63,394 nt of DNA, filler included, from Octopus bimaculoides (GCF_001194135.2; 7 parts of 6 records of this genome joined end to end with filler, not necessarily neighbours in it), one strand, 5' to 3'; counted from the first letter of the whole stretch, positions 1-12,448 are shown. The notes: a model not told the origin generated them from the letters alone. A program made the numbers and translations.

Positions 1-60
<60 letters not shown>

Positions 61-324
61 GTGTGTGTTTATATATGTGTATGTTTGTATATATGTATAC
101 ATACATAAGTACATTAGGTGAATATATATAATATATAAACATGCATGCATACATACATACATACATATATATATGCATATATACATACATGTATATACAG
201 TTATATGTATGTATATATACATATATATGCATATATATTTGAAGACAGACACGCAGATAGATGTGTAGATAGATAGATACACAGATAGATAGACTGACAG
301 ACAGATAGATAGAGAGAGAAAGAG

Positions 325-363
<39 letters not shown>

Positions 364-391
364 TAGATAGATAGATAGATAGATAGATAGG

Positions 392-424
<33 letters not shown>

Positions 425-470
425 ATAGACAGACAGACAGACAGACAGATTTCACTATTCTCAATGTTTA
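1..470. repeat. Compound microsatellite (TA)n/(CATA)n/(GATA)n/(GA)n/(GACA)n
   Basis: Directly visible tandem repeats. Confidence 0.95.
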
Positions 471-479
471 TATATATCT

Positions 480-2119
480 ACCACCAAACTTTTCAGCCTT
501 CTCCCTCTTCTCCCCCCCCTTCACATTTTCACTTCCCATATATCACCTCTCCTCCCTTCCCACTCTCTCTCTCTCTACCTCTCGCTCTCTCTGGGCTGTC
601 CCCTCTCTGAGCTTTGTCCTTTTCCTTTTCTCTTTATTCCTTTTTTTTCTTTACTTACCTCTTTCTTTCTCCTCTCTTTTTCTCTACCACTCATTCTCTT
701 TTTATATATATATCTCATTCCCTCATATATTTATACACATTTTTCCTTCTTTAATACCATCTTTATATAGACACAATATACATAATGCACAAATACATAC
801 ATACATACACATATATAAATCTCATTTGGCTCTCACACTTTCAATCTTTTTTTCTGTATCTCCTCCATCTCCTTTTCACTCTCTTTCTCATTCAATTTTT
901 TACTCCTTCTTCATCTGATTTCATTCTCCCTTCCCCCTTTCTCTCTCTCTCTGTCCCATTTACCCCTCCCTTAATTTCTTTTTCTTTTACTTTCTTTCTC
1001 TCTTTTTCTTTCACTAACTCACTTATTCTTCCTCTCTACTTTTTCTCTCTTTTTCTTTATCATTCTCTCTCTCTCTCTCTTTTCTACTCACATTCATTCT
1101 CATGTTCTAACCATTTGTTCTCCATCTCTCTCTTCTCTTTCCCTACTACCCTCTCTCTCTCTATATATATATGTTTCTATTCTCTCTCTCTCTCTCTCTT
1201 TCATTTTATTTTTCAGTCTGCTGCTCCCTTTCAATTCATTTCATTTCACACAATTCCACACACGACTCTCTCTCTCTCTCTCTCTCTCTTTCTCCCTTTC
1301 TCTCTCTCTCTCTCTCCCTTTCTCTCTTACTCCCTCTCTCGCACTCTCTCTCTCCCCTCTTTCCCTCTTTGCCTTTTTCTCTCATTTCCTTTTTCTTTCC
1401 TTTTCTTCAATGCCTCTTCCTATCATATCTAAAACTTCTCATACTCTCCCTTCTTTCTCTCTTTCTCTTTCTCTCTTTACACACATTTCTTCCCCCCTTT
1501 CCTTTTCTACTCTCTCTCTCTCTCTCTCTGTCTCTTCTACCATCCCTCTCGCTCCTTCTTACTCTGTCTCTTGTTGGCTTTTACTCATTCTGCCTCCCCC
1601 ACCATAATTTCTCTCTATCTCTTACTACCACTCTCATCTCTATGTGTGAGTGTATATATATATGAGAGTGTGTGTGCATTCACACACACACACACTGCTC
1701 TTTTTCTCCCTCTATCTCTCTTTTTTCTCTTTCCTTCTTTCCACTGCATTAAGTTTACTACTTTCTCCTTTCTTTTTTTGTCCTTCGTTTTTCTCTCTCC
1801 TTCCTATGTGTATGCACTTACACACACACACACACATACACACATATACACTGACCTTTCCTTCTCTCTCTCCTCTCTTTCCTTTTCTCCCTCTCTCACT
1901 TTCTCCACTTCTTGACACACTTCTCTCTTTCTACCCCCTCCTTTATCTCTCCCCCCTCTCTCTTCAAACTACGTCTTCTCTTCCCTCTCTCTACAAGCTA
2001 TGTCTTCTCTTTCTTCTCTTTCTTTATCACTTTCTCATTCTCTCATTCTCTCGGCTGCTTCTCTTTCATTTCCCTTCTGTCTGCTTTCCCAGCTGTCATC
2101 TCTTTCTCTCTCTCTCTCT

Positions 2120-2165
<46 letters not shown>

Positions 2166-2530
2166 AGATATGTGTGTGTGTGTGTGTATATACACATACA
2201 TACATATGTCATCTCTCTCTCTATCTCTATGTATATATATTTTTCTTATCTCTCTCTCTCTCATATTTTCTCATGTCTTTCTGTCTACTTTGATGTCCTT
2301 TTTCCCTCCACCATCCCTCCATCCCGCTGTTGTCACATTTGTCTATGTTTTCATATAACTCTTAGCCTATCTACCTCACTCCCCCCCCTCTCTCTCTCTC
2401 TGTCCACTTACGAACACACCCTACCCATTCCCCTATACCCCCCACATCTTTTTTCCTTTCTTCCATTCTTACAACCATCCACCTCCACCTCTATCTGTAC
2501 CCACCACATTCACATATATGAACAGATATC
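480..2530. repeat. Long CT-rich low-complexity tract with embedded (CT)n, (CA)n, (TA)n
   Basis: The + strand is strongly pyrimidine-biased. Similar tracts lie at about 4680-5570 and 10080-11200. Confidence 0.9.
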
Positions 2531-3522
2531 AAAGAAATGCATATGTCTCTTACACACACACACACATACACATACACACTCACATATACGTATGTATATA
2601 TCTGTACGTTTGTATGTCTATATATGTGTGTCTATCTATTTTATATCATACAATATATATTATTCTTTTACTGGCCACAGTCCAATGACGATGGCCATGC
2701 TGGGGCACCAGCTTTAAAGGTGTTTCAGTTGATTGCAACACATACACACACACACACACATGCATACATATGTGTGTGTGTAGACAGGGAGAAAGAAAGG
2801 ACAGAGGGGGAGGTGAATATATATAGAGGAGGGTGAAGAGGGAAAAAGAATATATTTATATGTAGACAGACAAACAGATAGATAGATAAAAGTAGGAGAG
2901 AGTGAGAGAGAGAGAGATATAGATATGTCATAGTTATTCAACAAAAAAGAAGAAAAAGAGTATTCACTGTATGCTGCAGATTAAGTATATTATTTACTTC
3001 AACAGAGTTTCTTTTCCTTGGAAAGTAAGTTTCATGCCACAGCGATCTTCAGGTGTGAATTCCACCTGATGATCACAGCAATATCATGAAAGTCACATCA
3101 CAAAAAAATGCAATTCTGTTTTCATAAAAATACATGTGTGTTTGTGTGTTTGTGTGTTTGTGTGTGTGCTTGGGTGCAGATGCAGTCATGTCCATTTGGC
3201 TAAGAAGTTTGCTTGCCAATCCTAAAACTATGTGTTCGATCTCACAGCACAGTATCTTGAGCATCCAAACTTTTTATCTCATTTAAAAGTTATTCAACAA
3301 TCGGGAAGTAGATTGGGGAATGGAAATTAAGGGAGAAGTTGTCAAAGGGATCTCTTGTTCAAAGTGCCAGCCTTTGAACAAAGATCTCCATATAAAGCCA
3401 GCTATTCCATCTTCAGAGAAAAAGAATTAAAGAATATTCTTTATAAAGGATATTAGTGGTTGCCAGTTCCATTGTGAAAAAGACCACTCATTGTACATTA
3501 TGTTACAAGACTCAATTTAATC

Positions 3523-3597
<75 letters not shown>

Positions 3598-4093
3598 CAT
3601 ACATACATACATACATACACACAACTGGCTTGTTTCAGTTTCCATCTACCAAATCCACTCACAAGGTTTTGGTCAGCCCAAGGCTATAGTAGGAGACACT
3701 TACTTACTTAAATGGTNNNNNNNNNNNNNNNNNNNNNNNNNNNNNNNNNNNNNNNNNNNNNNNNNNNNNNNNNNNNNNNNNNNNNNNNNNNNNNNNNNNN
3801 NNNNNNNNNNNNNNNNNNNNNNNNNNNNNNNNNNNNNNNNNNNNNNNNNNNNNNNNNNNNNNNNNNNNNNNNNNNNNNNNNNNNNNNNNNNNNNNNNNNN
3901 NNNNNNNNNNNNNNNNNNNNNNNNNNNNNNNNNNNNNNNNNNNNNNNNNNNNNNNNNNNNNNNNNNNNNNNNNNNNNNNNNNNNNNNNNNNNNNNNNNNN
4001 NNNNNNNNNNNNNNNNNNNNNNATCATTGTCATTTGAGGTTTGTCTTCTATACCATGCAGTCAGGATGGTTCAACGGAATCTGATGAGTTGCG

Positions 4094-4134
<41 letters not shown>

Positions 4135-4243
4135 ATATCATTATTCATATGTATCATCATCATCATCATCATCATCATTGTCATTTGAGGTTTGTCTTCT
4201 ATACCATGCAGTCAGGATGGTTCAACGGAATCTGATGAGTTGC

Positions 4244-4294
<51 letters not shown>

Positions 4295-5198
4295 TACATA
4301 TATATACATATATATATACAAGTTGTGTGTGTATGTGCGTACATGTATATGTGTTTAATTTATATATATCTATTTACACAAATACATGTGTATATGTATG
4401 TGTAGGTATATGTATTTGTGTGTGTGTGTGTGTGTATATATACATATATTCCCTGATTATATGGTGTGTGTATGTACATATATACACACTTATATGTGTG
4501 TGGTTGTGCTGCAATGTTGTGGGGGACATCTCCTCGGCGTCCTCCCACCCCACTTCCTCACAACTATCAAAGGGACCTTATACTACTGCATATTATTATA
4601 TAAACTGACCCCTTCAAGCTATTTACTAATCACCATCAAGAAGTATTGTCATGTGGACCCTAACCTCAACCTCCACTGACTCTCACACACACACACAGCC
4701 CCCATTCACATCACTGTCCCCTCTCTCTATATATATATATTTCTCTCCCTTTCTCTTTATCTCTGTCTGTCTCTCTCTCTTTGTTTTATATATATATATA
4801 TCTGTCTTACTCCCCCTCTCTGCTGTGTCTCCCTTTCTAATTTATCTCTCTCTGACTCCCTCCTTCTCTCTCTTGTCGCTGTTCTATCTCATTCTCATTA
4901 CACTCTATCTCTGCTATCTCTCTTATCTTTACAACACCCCCTCTCTCTTGCTTTCTCTCTCTCTCTCTTTTCTCTGTTACCTTCCTCTTTGTACCTCCCA
5001 ATATAAATCCTATACTGTCTCTCTCTCTCCCTCTCTTTCCTTCCCTCTCTCATTTATCTCTGCTAATAGTCACTCTCTAATATATGCTGTGTTCCCCCTC
5101 TCTCTGTCTCTCTCTCTCTCTCTCACACATATCACTTACTCTGCTCTCTTGTGTCTGTCTCTGCTATACCTCTTACTCTCTTATCTCCCCTGCCCGCC

Positions 5199-5237
<39 letters not shown>

Positions 5238-6149
5238 TCATATACTTTTCCCTACTTTATATCTTCTGTCACTACTTTCAATCTCCCCCTCCCTGTCTTT
5301 CCTTGTCCTCTCTCTCTCTCACTCTCTCTCATATCTCTCTTCTTTCTCCTCCCCTCTCCCATATCTTCTGATATTTTATACTCCCCCTCTCACTTATATA
5401 TCTGCTGTTCCTTCTCACTCCCACCACAGTGTCTATTTATTGACTTTCTCCTCTCTCTCTCTCTCACACACATAGCCTCACCCTCTTCCATTGCTGTCTT
5501 TTCCCTCTCGTCCCCCCCCCCATCTCTCTTATAATTAAACTCTTTTTCCTTTTTCTTCTTCTTTCTGGTTATTCTGATTAGAAAATTTACCCATCCATCC
5601 AACCTCCATGCTCGCAAGGCATAGAAATAACAGCCAAATTTGTTGCAGATTGCATGTTTTTATTTTAAAATAGGAAGGACACATTGGATAATATATATAT
5701 ACATATATACAATTTCTGGATTTTAAAAAAAAATGCTGTTGATCCATTGCTGGAAACATTTTTGATCCTAGTCTGCTTGCTCAGAGCTAACCTGGGGTTA
5801 TATAACTTACTACAACAACAACAACAACAACAACAACAGCAGCAGCAGCTTTGGATTGTGTACTTCTAGAAACACTAGATGGGATGGTCATTGTTGGGAC
5901 GTCTTTGATTATAGAGATCAGATGGATCTGATCTGGGGTCAAACAACACTAACGATATATAATGTAGGCCAAGATACACCACATTTGAATAATTGACTGG
6001 ATGGTCACGGTTGGAACGTCTTTGATCAGGGCTGACCTGAGAGTAAACACATAGATGCTGACAGCACTAGTGACATGCTAGAAATGGCAGCGAAGGGACA
6101 GGAATTATTTAAATTCATGTTAGTGATGGAAGGCATTTTTTTTTCTGTT

Positions 6150-6435
6150 ACGTCATTGGTTACGAGTTATCCCGTTGACCCAATTGACAGAACTGCCTGT
6201 GGCTGAGTGCTCCACAGACTCATGTGCCCTTAACATAGTTCTCAAGGAAATTGAGCGTGGCACAGAATGGGACCAGATCTGCCCTTATGAAATACAGGTA
6301 CAACTCATTTTTGCCAGCTGAGTGGACTGAGCAACATGAAATAAAGAGTCTTGCTCAAGGACATCAACAGGAATTGAACTCCTGGCCTTATGACTGTGAG
6401 CCGAATACCCTAACCACTAAGCCACGTGCCTTCAC
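6150..6435 (-). mobile_element. tRNA-headed SINE with a group-V-like head and a different 3' body
   Basis: The - strand starts ggcacgtggcttagtggttagggt (A-box-like), then gagttcaattcc (B-box-like), then ttgagcaagactctttatttcatgttgctcagtccactcagctggcaaaaatgagt, which is shared with the 7090 copy; the sequence then diverges. Confidence 0.75.
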
Positions 6436-6453
6436 TCAAGTGGATTCCTTGAC

Positions 6454-6630
6454 GTTGAGTGAGGATAACGAGTGCATATGTATGGGTTATTTGAGGGTTG
6501 CATTGAGTGAGGGTAGGCTGTATGATGGTGGTTCACTTCAAGTTGAGTGTGGGTAGGTTGTATAATGGTGGTTCACTTGAAGTTGAGTGAGGGTAACGAG
6601 TGTGCATGTATGGGTTATCTGAGGGAATGT
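6454..6630. repeat. Local tandem duplications (about 40-bp unit x2, flanked by a about 43-bp unit x2)
   Basis: gagtgagggtaggctgtatgatggtggttcacttcaagtt is repeated, and ttgagtgaggrtaacgagtg..tgtatgggttat occurs twice. Confidence 0.75.
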
Positions 6631-7089
6631 TGAGTGAGGATGGGTTGTGCAATGATGTGTTAATTGATGCAAAGGTGAGAGAAGGTAATTAGTGGTGGAC
6701 TGAGTTAATTAAAGTTAATTAAGCTTAGCTAAATGTATTGGGTGATTTACTTGAAAGAATGTTAAATGAAAGGGAACTGGTGTGGGTTAAGGAATAGCTG
6801 GACAAAACAAGGCTGGACAGGGGTCAGAGAAATGACGTGACATATAACACGAAGGGCCGTGTGGTTGGTTCTGTAAACAGACGGAGAAGTTGGGTGTAGA
6901 GAGATGGTTCGGGCAAGAGGTGGTCAGTAATGGAGATTTTAAGGAATTATGGAGACATTATGCCAACAGACATCTGAGAATAAGGATGTCCCCTTGTGGT
7001 GGGAGAGAGAGAGAGAAAGAGAGAGTCCTAAACTCTACAGGTATTTTCCACAACTCTTTTTTAACTTTGATATTTTGAAGACAGAGAGA

Positions 7090-7340
7090 TGGAGGCACTT
7101 GGCCTAGTGGTTAGGGTGTCAGCACCATGATCGTAAGATTGTGGTTTCGATTCCTGGATCGGGCGACAAGTTGTGTTCTTGAGCAAAACACTTCATTTTC
7201 ACGTTGCTCCAGTCCACTCAGCTGGCAAAAGTGAGTAATGCTGCGATGGACTGGCGTCCCATCCAGCTGGGGTACACATATGCCATTGAAACTGGGAAAC
7301 TGGGCCCATGAGCCTGGCTAGGCTTTAAAAGGGTGCATTT
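7090..7340 (+). mobile_element. tRNA-headed SINE with a V-domain-like core (group V)
   Basis: Head tggcctagtggttagggtg...gtttcgattcctgg; core ctgcgatggactggcgtcccatccag. Homologous copies at 8636, 31263, 31870 and 57770. Confidence 0.85.
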
Positions 7341-8635
7341 ATATTTTATTTTATTTTGAAGAGAGAGAGAGAGAAAAAAAAATACTGATATCGGGTCAGG
7401 TTGTGGATGATGGTATGGGGTGGGGAGAGCAGCGATGTTAGCAGGGGTGGCAGTGGCGGCAATGGTAGTGGTGGTGGTGGTGGTGGGACACTGATGATAA
7501 TGGCAACCATTGCCTACCAGCATCACAATCGAAATGGTGGTGGTGGTGGTGGTGGTGATGAAATTGGCTGGATTTGAAACTTCCACCAGTGTCTTTCTAC
7601 CTAACCACAGCAACAAAGAGTCGTATACATACACACAACATATGCATCTATATATATATATATGTATATAGATGATGATGATGGTGATGATGATGATGAG
7701 AGAACGAGAAACTCACTTATATACAAGTGCACAATCATACACACATGCACACGCACACACACACACACACGCACACACACACACAAGCAGAGGCATGAAT
7801 CAATAAAGGATGGATGAAACTTCTCTTCCTGATGATGCAGCCAAGGGAAAACAATGATGGTGGTGGTGGCAGTGATGATAGTGGTGTCGATGGTGGTGGT
7901 GGTGGTGGTGGTGATGATGGGTTGTGTTGGTAGCAGCGGCGATGGTGGTGGTGGTGTTTATAGAGATGGTGATGATGACAATGTAGATGATAAGCAGGAT
8001 GATGACGTTTAATGATGATACAGATTCTCTTGCTGCTGATGACGGTTGTGATTGTGATGGTGGTGGTGGTGGTGGTGGTGCTGGTGATTGTGGTGGGGGA
8101 AAATAAGGATGGTCATGTTGATGATGGTGATGATGAAGAGGTGCAGGAGGAGGTGATGTTACCAGTGCTACTGCTGCTGCTGCTGCTGATGATGATGCAA
8201 TAAATCACAGACTGACCACAATCGGTCAGTCTGTGATTTATTGCCAGTCATTAACGAGAGGCCAATTTAATTGCTCCCTCGTGCTCTGCTGTAATCACTG
8301 GTCACTCTCGCTTGGTCCGAGTGTTATTATCATTACTGGTCATTAGCAAGAGACACATGTAAAGGGTCCACTCTGTTTATAATTATTGACCGTTAACTTA
8401 CTACAGTTCACTTGGTCACTGTGATAGCCTTAACCTGCCAGACACTCTCTGATTTACCTCCATTTTTTTGACCTTTTTTTTTTTCTTATGGTTTGGTCAA
8501 AGTGAGAAGAGCAGCACACGTGACCCTTTTCTGGGTCTCCAACAAGTCTTATAGGAGAAAAGGAAGGGGCTATTTTCAGTCCAGAGCCTCGGCCTGAAGG
8601 CTCAAAATAAAGTGAACTCTACAAAAGGTTGCCAC

Positions 8636-8885
8636 CCAAGGGTGCATGGCTAAGTGGTTAGGGTGTTAGATTCATGATTATAAGATTGTGGTTTCGATCC
8701 CTGGACCAGGCGATGCATTGATTCTTGAGCACAACACTTTGTTTCATGTTGCTTCAGTCCATGCCACTGGCAAAAACAGAAATCCAACAATTGACCGATG
8801 TCCTGTCCAGGGGCAAATATCTGCACCATAGAGACTAGGAAACCAACCCCGTGAGTTCATATGACTCAAAAAGGTTCTTTGTCTT
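8636..8885 (+). mobile_element. Group V SINE, diverged copy
   Basis: tggctaagtggttagggtg...gtttcgatccctggaccaggcgatg...ttcttgagcacaacac; aligns by eye with 7090-7340. Confidence 0.75.
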
Positions 8886-9030
8886 ACCCTTTATCCAAGG
8901 ACCAACTGAGGATTTGTTAAATCAGGAAGCAGATTAAATTTATCTCCTGAGAATGAGAATGGTCCTTTCAGTGGGTCCCATACAATTTCCATCTATTGAA
9001 TTTTATTCATAAGGTTTTCGTCAACCTTAA

Positions 9031-9249
9031 CCCTTAACATTCAGATTACTCTGTCAAATATATGCATACTTCATCATGTTATTCTGAATTAATTATGCAT
9101 TATTTTGTAGCTTTGAAATTTCAACAGTGTGATTGTTTATTTTTAGAATGACATTGTAAGGTATGTGTGAGAGGCCAGCTTTAGCTGGTTTGAACATAAA
9201 ATGGGGAGAATATTTTGGCTGGATATGGCCAGTTTCAATGCTAAAGGGG
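9031..9249. mobile_element. piggyBac-type non-autonomous MITE
   Basis: TTAA at 9027-9030 and 9250-9253. Termini cccttaacatt and aatgctaaagggg form imperfect TIRs with the CCC...GGG ends typical of piggyBac. Confidence 0.7.
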
Positions 9250-11262
9250 TTAAGCTACAGTGGAAGACATTTTTGCCCAAAATGCTTTACTCTTGGAAAG
9301 CAGTGTTATTACGGTCAGGTCCTGCCAATTGTCTGCCAGGTCAGACAATAAGATAGGAAGTTCTGAGTGTTGATTGAAAAAGCAACTCAATTGACTGTCA
9401 AATATGAAGGATTTTCAGTTGGAAAAAATTTACCAGAGATACTTTGAATCTAAATGCTTCTTGGGGACATTGGCAGTTCGAGATAAAATGGTTGTAGTCA
9501 AAGATTGAACAAAAAAGCCACAAGATTTGTAAAGCAAACTTTGTAACCATTCAATCGTCCTTGTGTATTTTGACCAAATGTTTTTGGTGTTTAGTGGATC
9601 GTCCCAGCATAACAGGAACAGCCATCAAAGTCTGGCCAGGTCAGTGTTGGCACAAATGAGACTAGATTTAGTAAACTGTATAGACACATCGTAGTGTGGT
9701 CATGAGATGAAGTAGAGACTGACATTTGAAGAGCATACATGACGGTGGTGGTGGTGGTAGTGGAGCTGTGCAGACCTTTCATCATTGTCATCAGAGGATG
9801 GAGAAGAACAAGACCAAGATATCAATTGGAAACAGCAAATTGAAGAAAACATATGGTTGTGACATTTGAGTGGAAGGGGGGAGGGGCGTGCAGGACCTTT
9901 TGTGCCATTGTCACTGAAGGAAGATAAGACTGTTGGATATCAGAGGATATTGTGTAATATCACAGGTGGTCAAACAAACAATATTCAATAGGACCTTGCC
10001 ACATATAAACACACACACACACATATATATATATCCAAGTCCTCATTTAATGACATGCCAATGTCAACCCCCACAGTTTACCCTTCTCATAAGAAGCTCT
10101 CTTTCTCAATATATCTCCTTTCATTTTTTTCTCTCTCACTCTATACCTCTTCTCATTCTACTTTCACTTTCTCTCTTTCGACTCTCTCTCTCTTTTTACT
10201 CTCTCCCTCATTTTATCTTTTTTTTTTGCTCTTTCTCTGCTTGCCTCTCTCTCTCTCTCTCACTATACCCCTTTCTTACGCCCTCTCCCCCTCCCTCTCG
10301 CTGTATCTTTACCAACTGGTATTTCACTTGATCTTTTTCCCTACTTTCCGGCATTCGACTACGGCCATACTGGGGCACCTCATTCAAGGATTCCAATTGA
10401 TCACTTTGACCCCCAGTATACATCTCAATCTGATACTTATTTTATTGATCTCCAACACTTCTCATTTTATCTCCCTCCCTCCCTCCCCCTCACTTTCTCT
10501 CTGCTTTCACACAACCTATTCATCGATCTCTCTCTCTCTCTCTCTGCTTCTTCACATTCACTCTCTCTCTCCCTATCCCTCCTCTAGTTTAATGTATTAA
10601 TCAATGCCCCACCCCCCTCTCTGTTAGCATTACTTACCTCTTCCTCATCCTCCTCACTGTTCTGTCTAATAAACTCTCTCCCTCTGCTCATTTTAATTAT
10701 CTCCCTCTCCCTCCTCTCCACCACTTCTCTAATCTATAATAATCTATACAACCTCTCCTATGTTACTGCCTTTCAAATACTCACTTTCTCTCTCTCTCTT
10801 TCTTATATCTCCCCCTCTCTCTCTCACACAACCTCCATTCCTTCATGTGTATATACATGCATATGTACATGTGTGTATGTGTGTGTGTTTGTGTGTATTC
10901 TTTGTCTTTTCTGCTGCTTGTTTAACATCCGTCCTTCCTCCTCCTCTCCCCCCTCCCCCTCTATTTTCAAATTATTCCTCCCTTTCTCACTCTCTCCCTG
11001 CCCCTCTCACTGAATCACTCCTTCCCTTTTATCATTTGTGAAACTGGAGAGAGAGAGAGAGAAAAAGAGAGGAAGGAAAGGGAAAGTATAGGTTTTTTTT
11101 TCTTTTAACACCCAATTTCTCTCTCTCTCTCTCTCTCTATCTCTCTCACCTTTTATTTTGTTCCTCTCTCACACCTGGCTCTCTCTCTCATAATATATAT
11201 ATATATATATATATATATACCTGCATATATATGTATATATATGTATGTATATATACATGCAT

Positions 11263-11362
11263 NNNNNNNNNNNNNNNNNNNNNNNNNNNNNNNNNNNNNN
11301 NNNNNNTTAATTAATTAANNNNNNNNNNNNNNNNNNNNNNNNNNNNNNNNNNNNNNNNNNNN
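11263..11362. other. 100-bp scaffold spacer: 44 N + TTAATTAATTAA + 44 N (also at 14464, 17687, 47737, 56438, 59494)
   Basis: Identical layout six times; the 12-mer gives stop codons in all six frames. Confidence 0.97.
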
Positions 11363-11364
11363 TA

Positions 11365-11381
11365 TCCTATCGGCGACGCCA
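11365..11381 (-). promoter_or_regulatory. Primer-binding site TGGCGTCGCCGATAGGA (tRNA-Ser-like 3' end)
   Basis: Starts with TGG, complementary to CCA. The implied tRNA end UCCUAUCGGCGACG-CCA has the G discriminator and shape of a Ser tRNA end. Confidence 0.65.
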
Positions 11382-11389
11382 ATAAACTC

Positions 11390-11638
11390 TGTTATGTTTC
11401 CCTCGGGTGACTAGCAGAGATAACACGAGTTATACAATTTAATTATTACATTTATTGTTCAATTACATACAAAGAACGCACTCACCCAATGTTCGTTATG
11501 AATAAACAAAAGTCATGTCCGCCATATATATCTCAATGACCTTTTACTCCGACAGTCACACAAGACAACAACAATGAAACAATGAACTCAGACGAACCAC
11601 ATGACACACGGAACGTCAGACGAATTACATATCTAACA
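11390..11638 (-). mobile_element. 5' LTR of an LTR retrotransposon; internal region lost in the assembly gap
   Basis: Bounded by TGTTA...TAACA, with an AATAAA on the - strand and a PBS 8 bp downstream. Confidence 0.7.
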
Positions 11639-12417
11639 GTCCATATAACAGTGCCCATCCTGCCTTTTTAATGATATCAAGAAATGCATTACTTAATGTG
11701 CCCTTCCTTGTTTAAGATTGTAGGGTGTGATTTGGCTATTTGGCCAAAAGAGTGGGATGGAGATGGCTTCATTCTCGTCTGTAAGACATACAACATGAAT
11801 TTATACCAGTATTTCTTGAATTAGGTGTTGGGATTGTAGAAGCAAGTTGATAAAGTGGATAATGTATTGGATATTTTATACATATGTACAAAACACTTTA
11901 TTCTACATTGTGTTAACTCAAAAAGTTAATGAGAATCTATGTCAGATGACTTGGCAATATTGCCTGCATACTATCCAAGGTATTAGGGTGTTGGAGAGCC
12001 ATTTTTTTTGTCTATTCAATACCATTGAATCAAAGCTAAACACTGACCCTTTAAGTTTCTTTAGGGGCTTAGAAAATAATACAATTGTTGAAAGAAGCAT
12101 TATTCAGAAGTACTTTTCTAAGTGTTGGGCTCGTTGGACTGGAAGAATTAGTAGTGCACAGGATATATTTTGTTGTGGTTCTTTATATTTCAAAGGAAAT
12201 CCTGCCAAGATCCACTTCAACTTTCAGCTTTCTAGAGTTAATGAAATAGGTACTGGGTTCAGTTTAATTCACTACATCCTTCGCCCAAGTTTGAATCCTT
12301 CTGTCTATGTTAGAAATTGATAATACCATTAGGGTTGTTGGGGACGAAGTGTTGAGCTTAACCAATAGAAATCAATATTGTATGTGTATGCATATGTGTG
12401 GATATGTAGGCATGTGC

Positions 12418-12448
<31 letters not shown>

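Noticed and set aside
785-2717. Long Ser/Leu/Phe-rich ORFs (up to 355 aa), and similar ones at 4651-5475 and 10055-10600
   Set aside because: They are stop-poor because of CT repeats; there is no domain content.
4081-4100. Other CTGATGA words (4081, 26326, 44682, 52243, 61231)
   Set aside because: No properly spaced stem II/GAAA/stem III, so they are not hammerheads.
4023-4265. About 100-bp direct duplication beside a gap
   Set aside because: It abuts a gap and differs only in microsatellite length; probably an unmerged allelic or overlap artefact.
11307-11318. TTAATTAATTAA islands within N runs (6 occurrences)
   Set aside because: Always 44 N + 12-mer + 44 N; this is an artificial all-frame-stop scaffold linker, not biology.
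11693-11778. - strand exon candidate (good acceptor; DENEAISIPLFWPNSQ...* or TRMKPSPS...)
   Set aside because: It cannot be linked in phase to neighbours and conflicts with the stronger + exon nearby; left unresolved.
11847-12320. 157-aa + strand ORF
   Set aside because: It overlaps a decayed - strand SINE (about 12195-12350) and has no recognisable motif.
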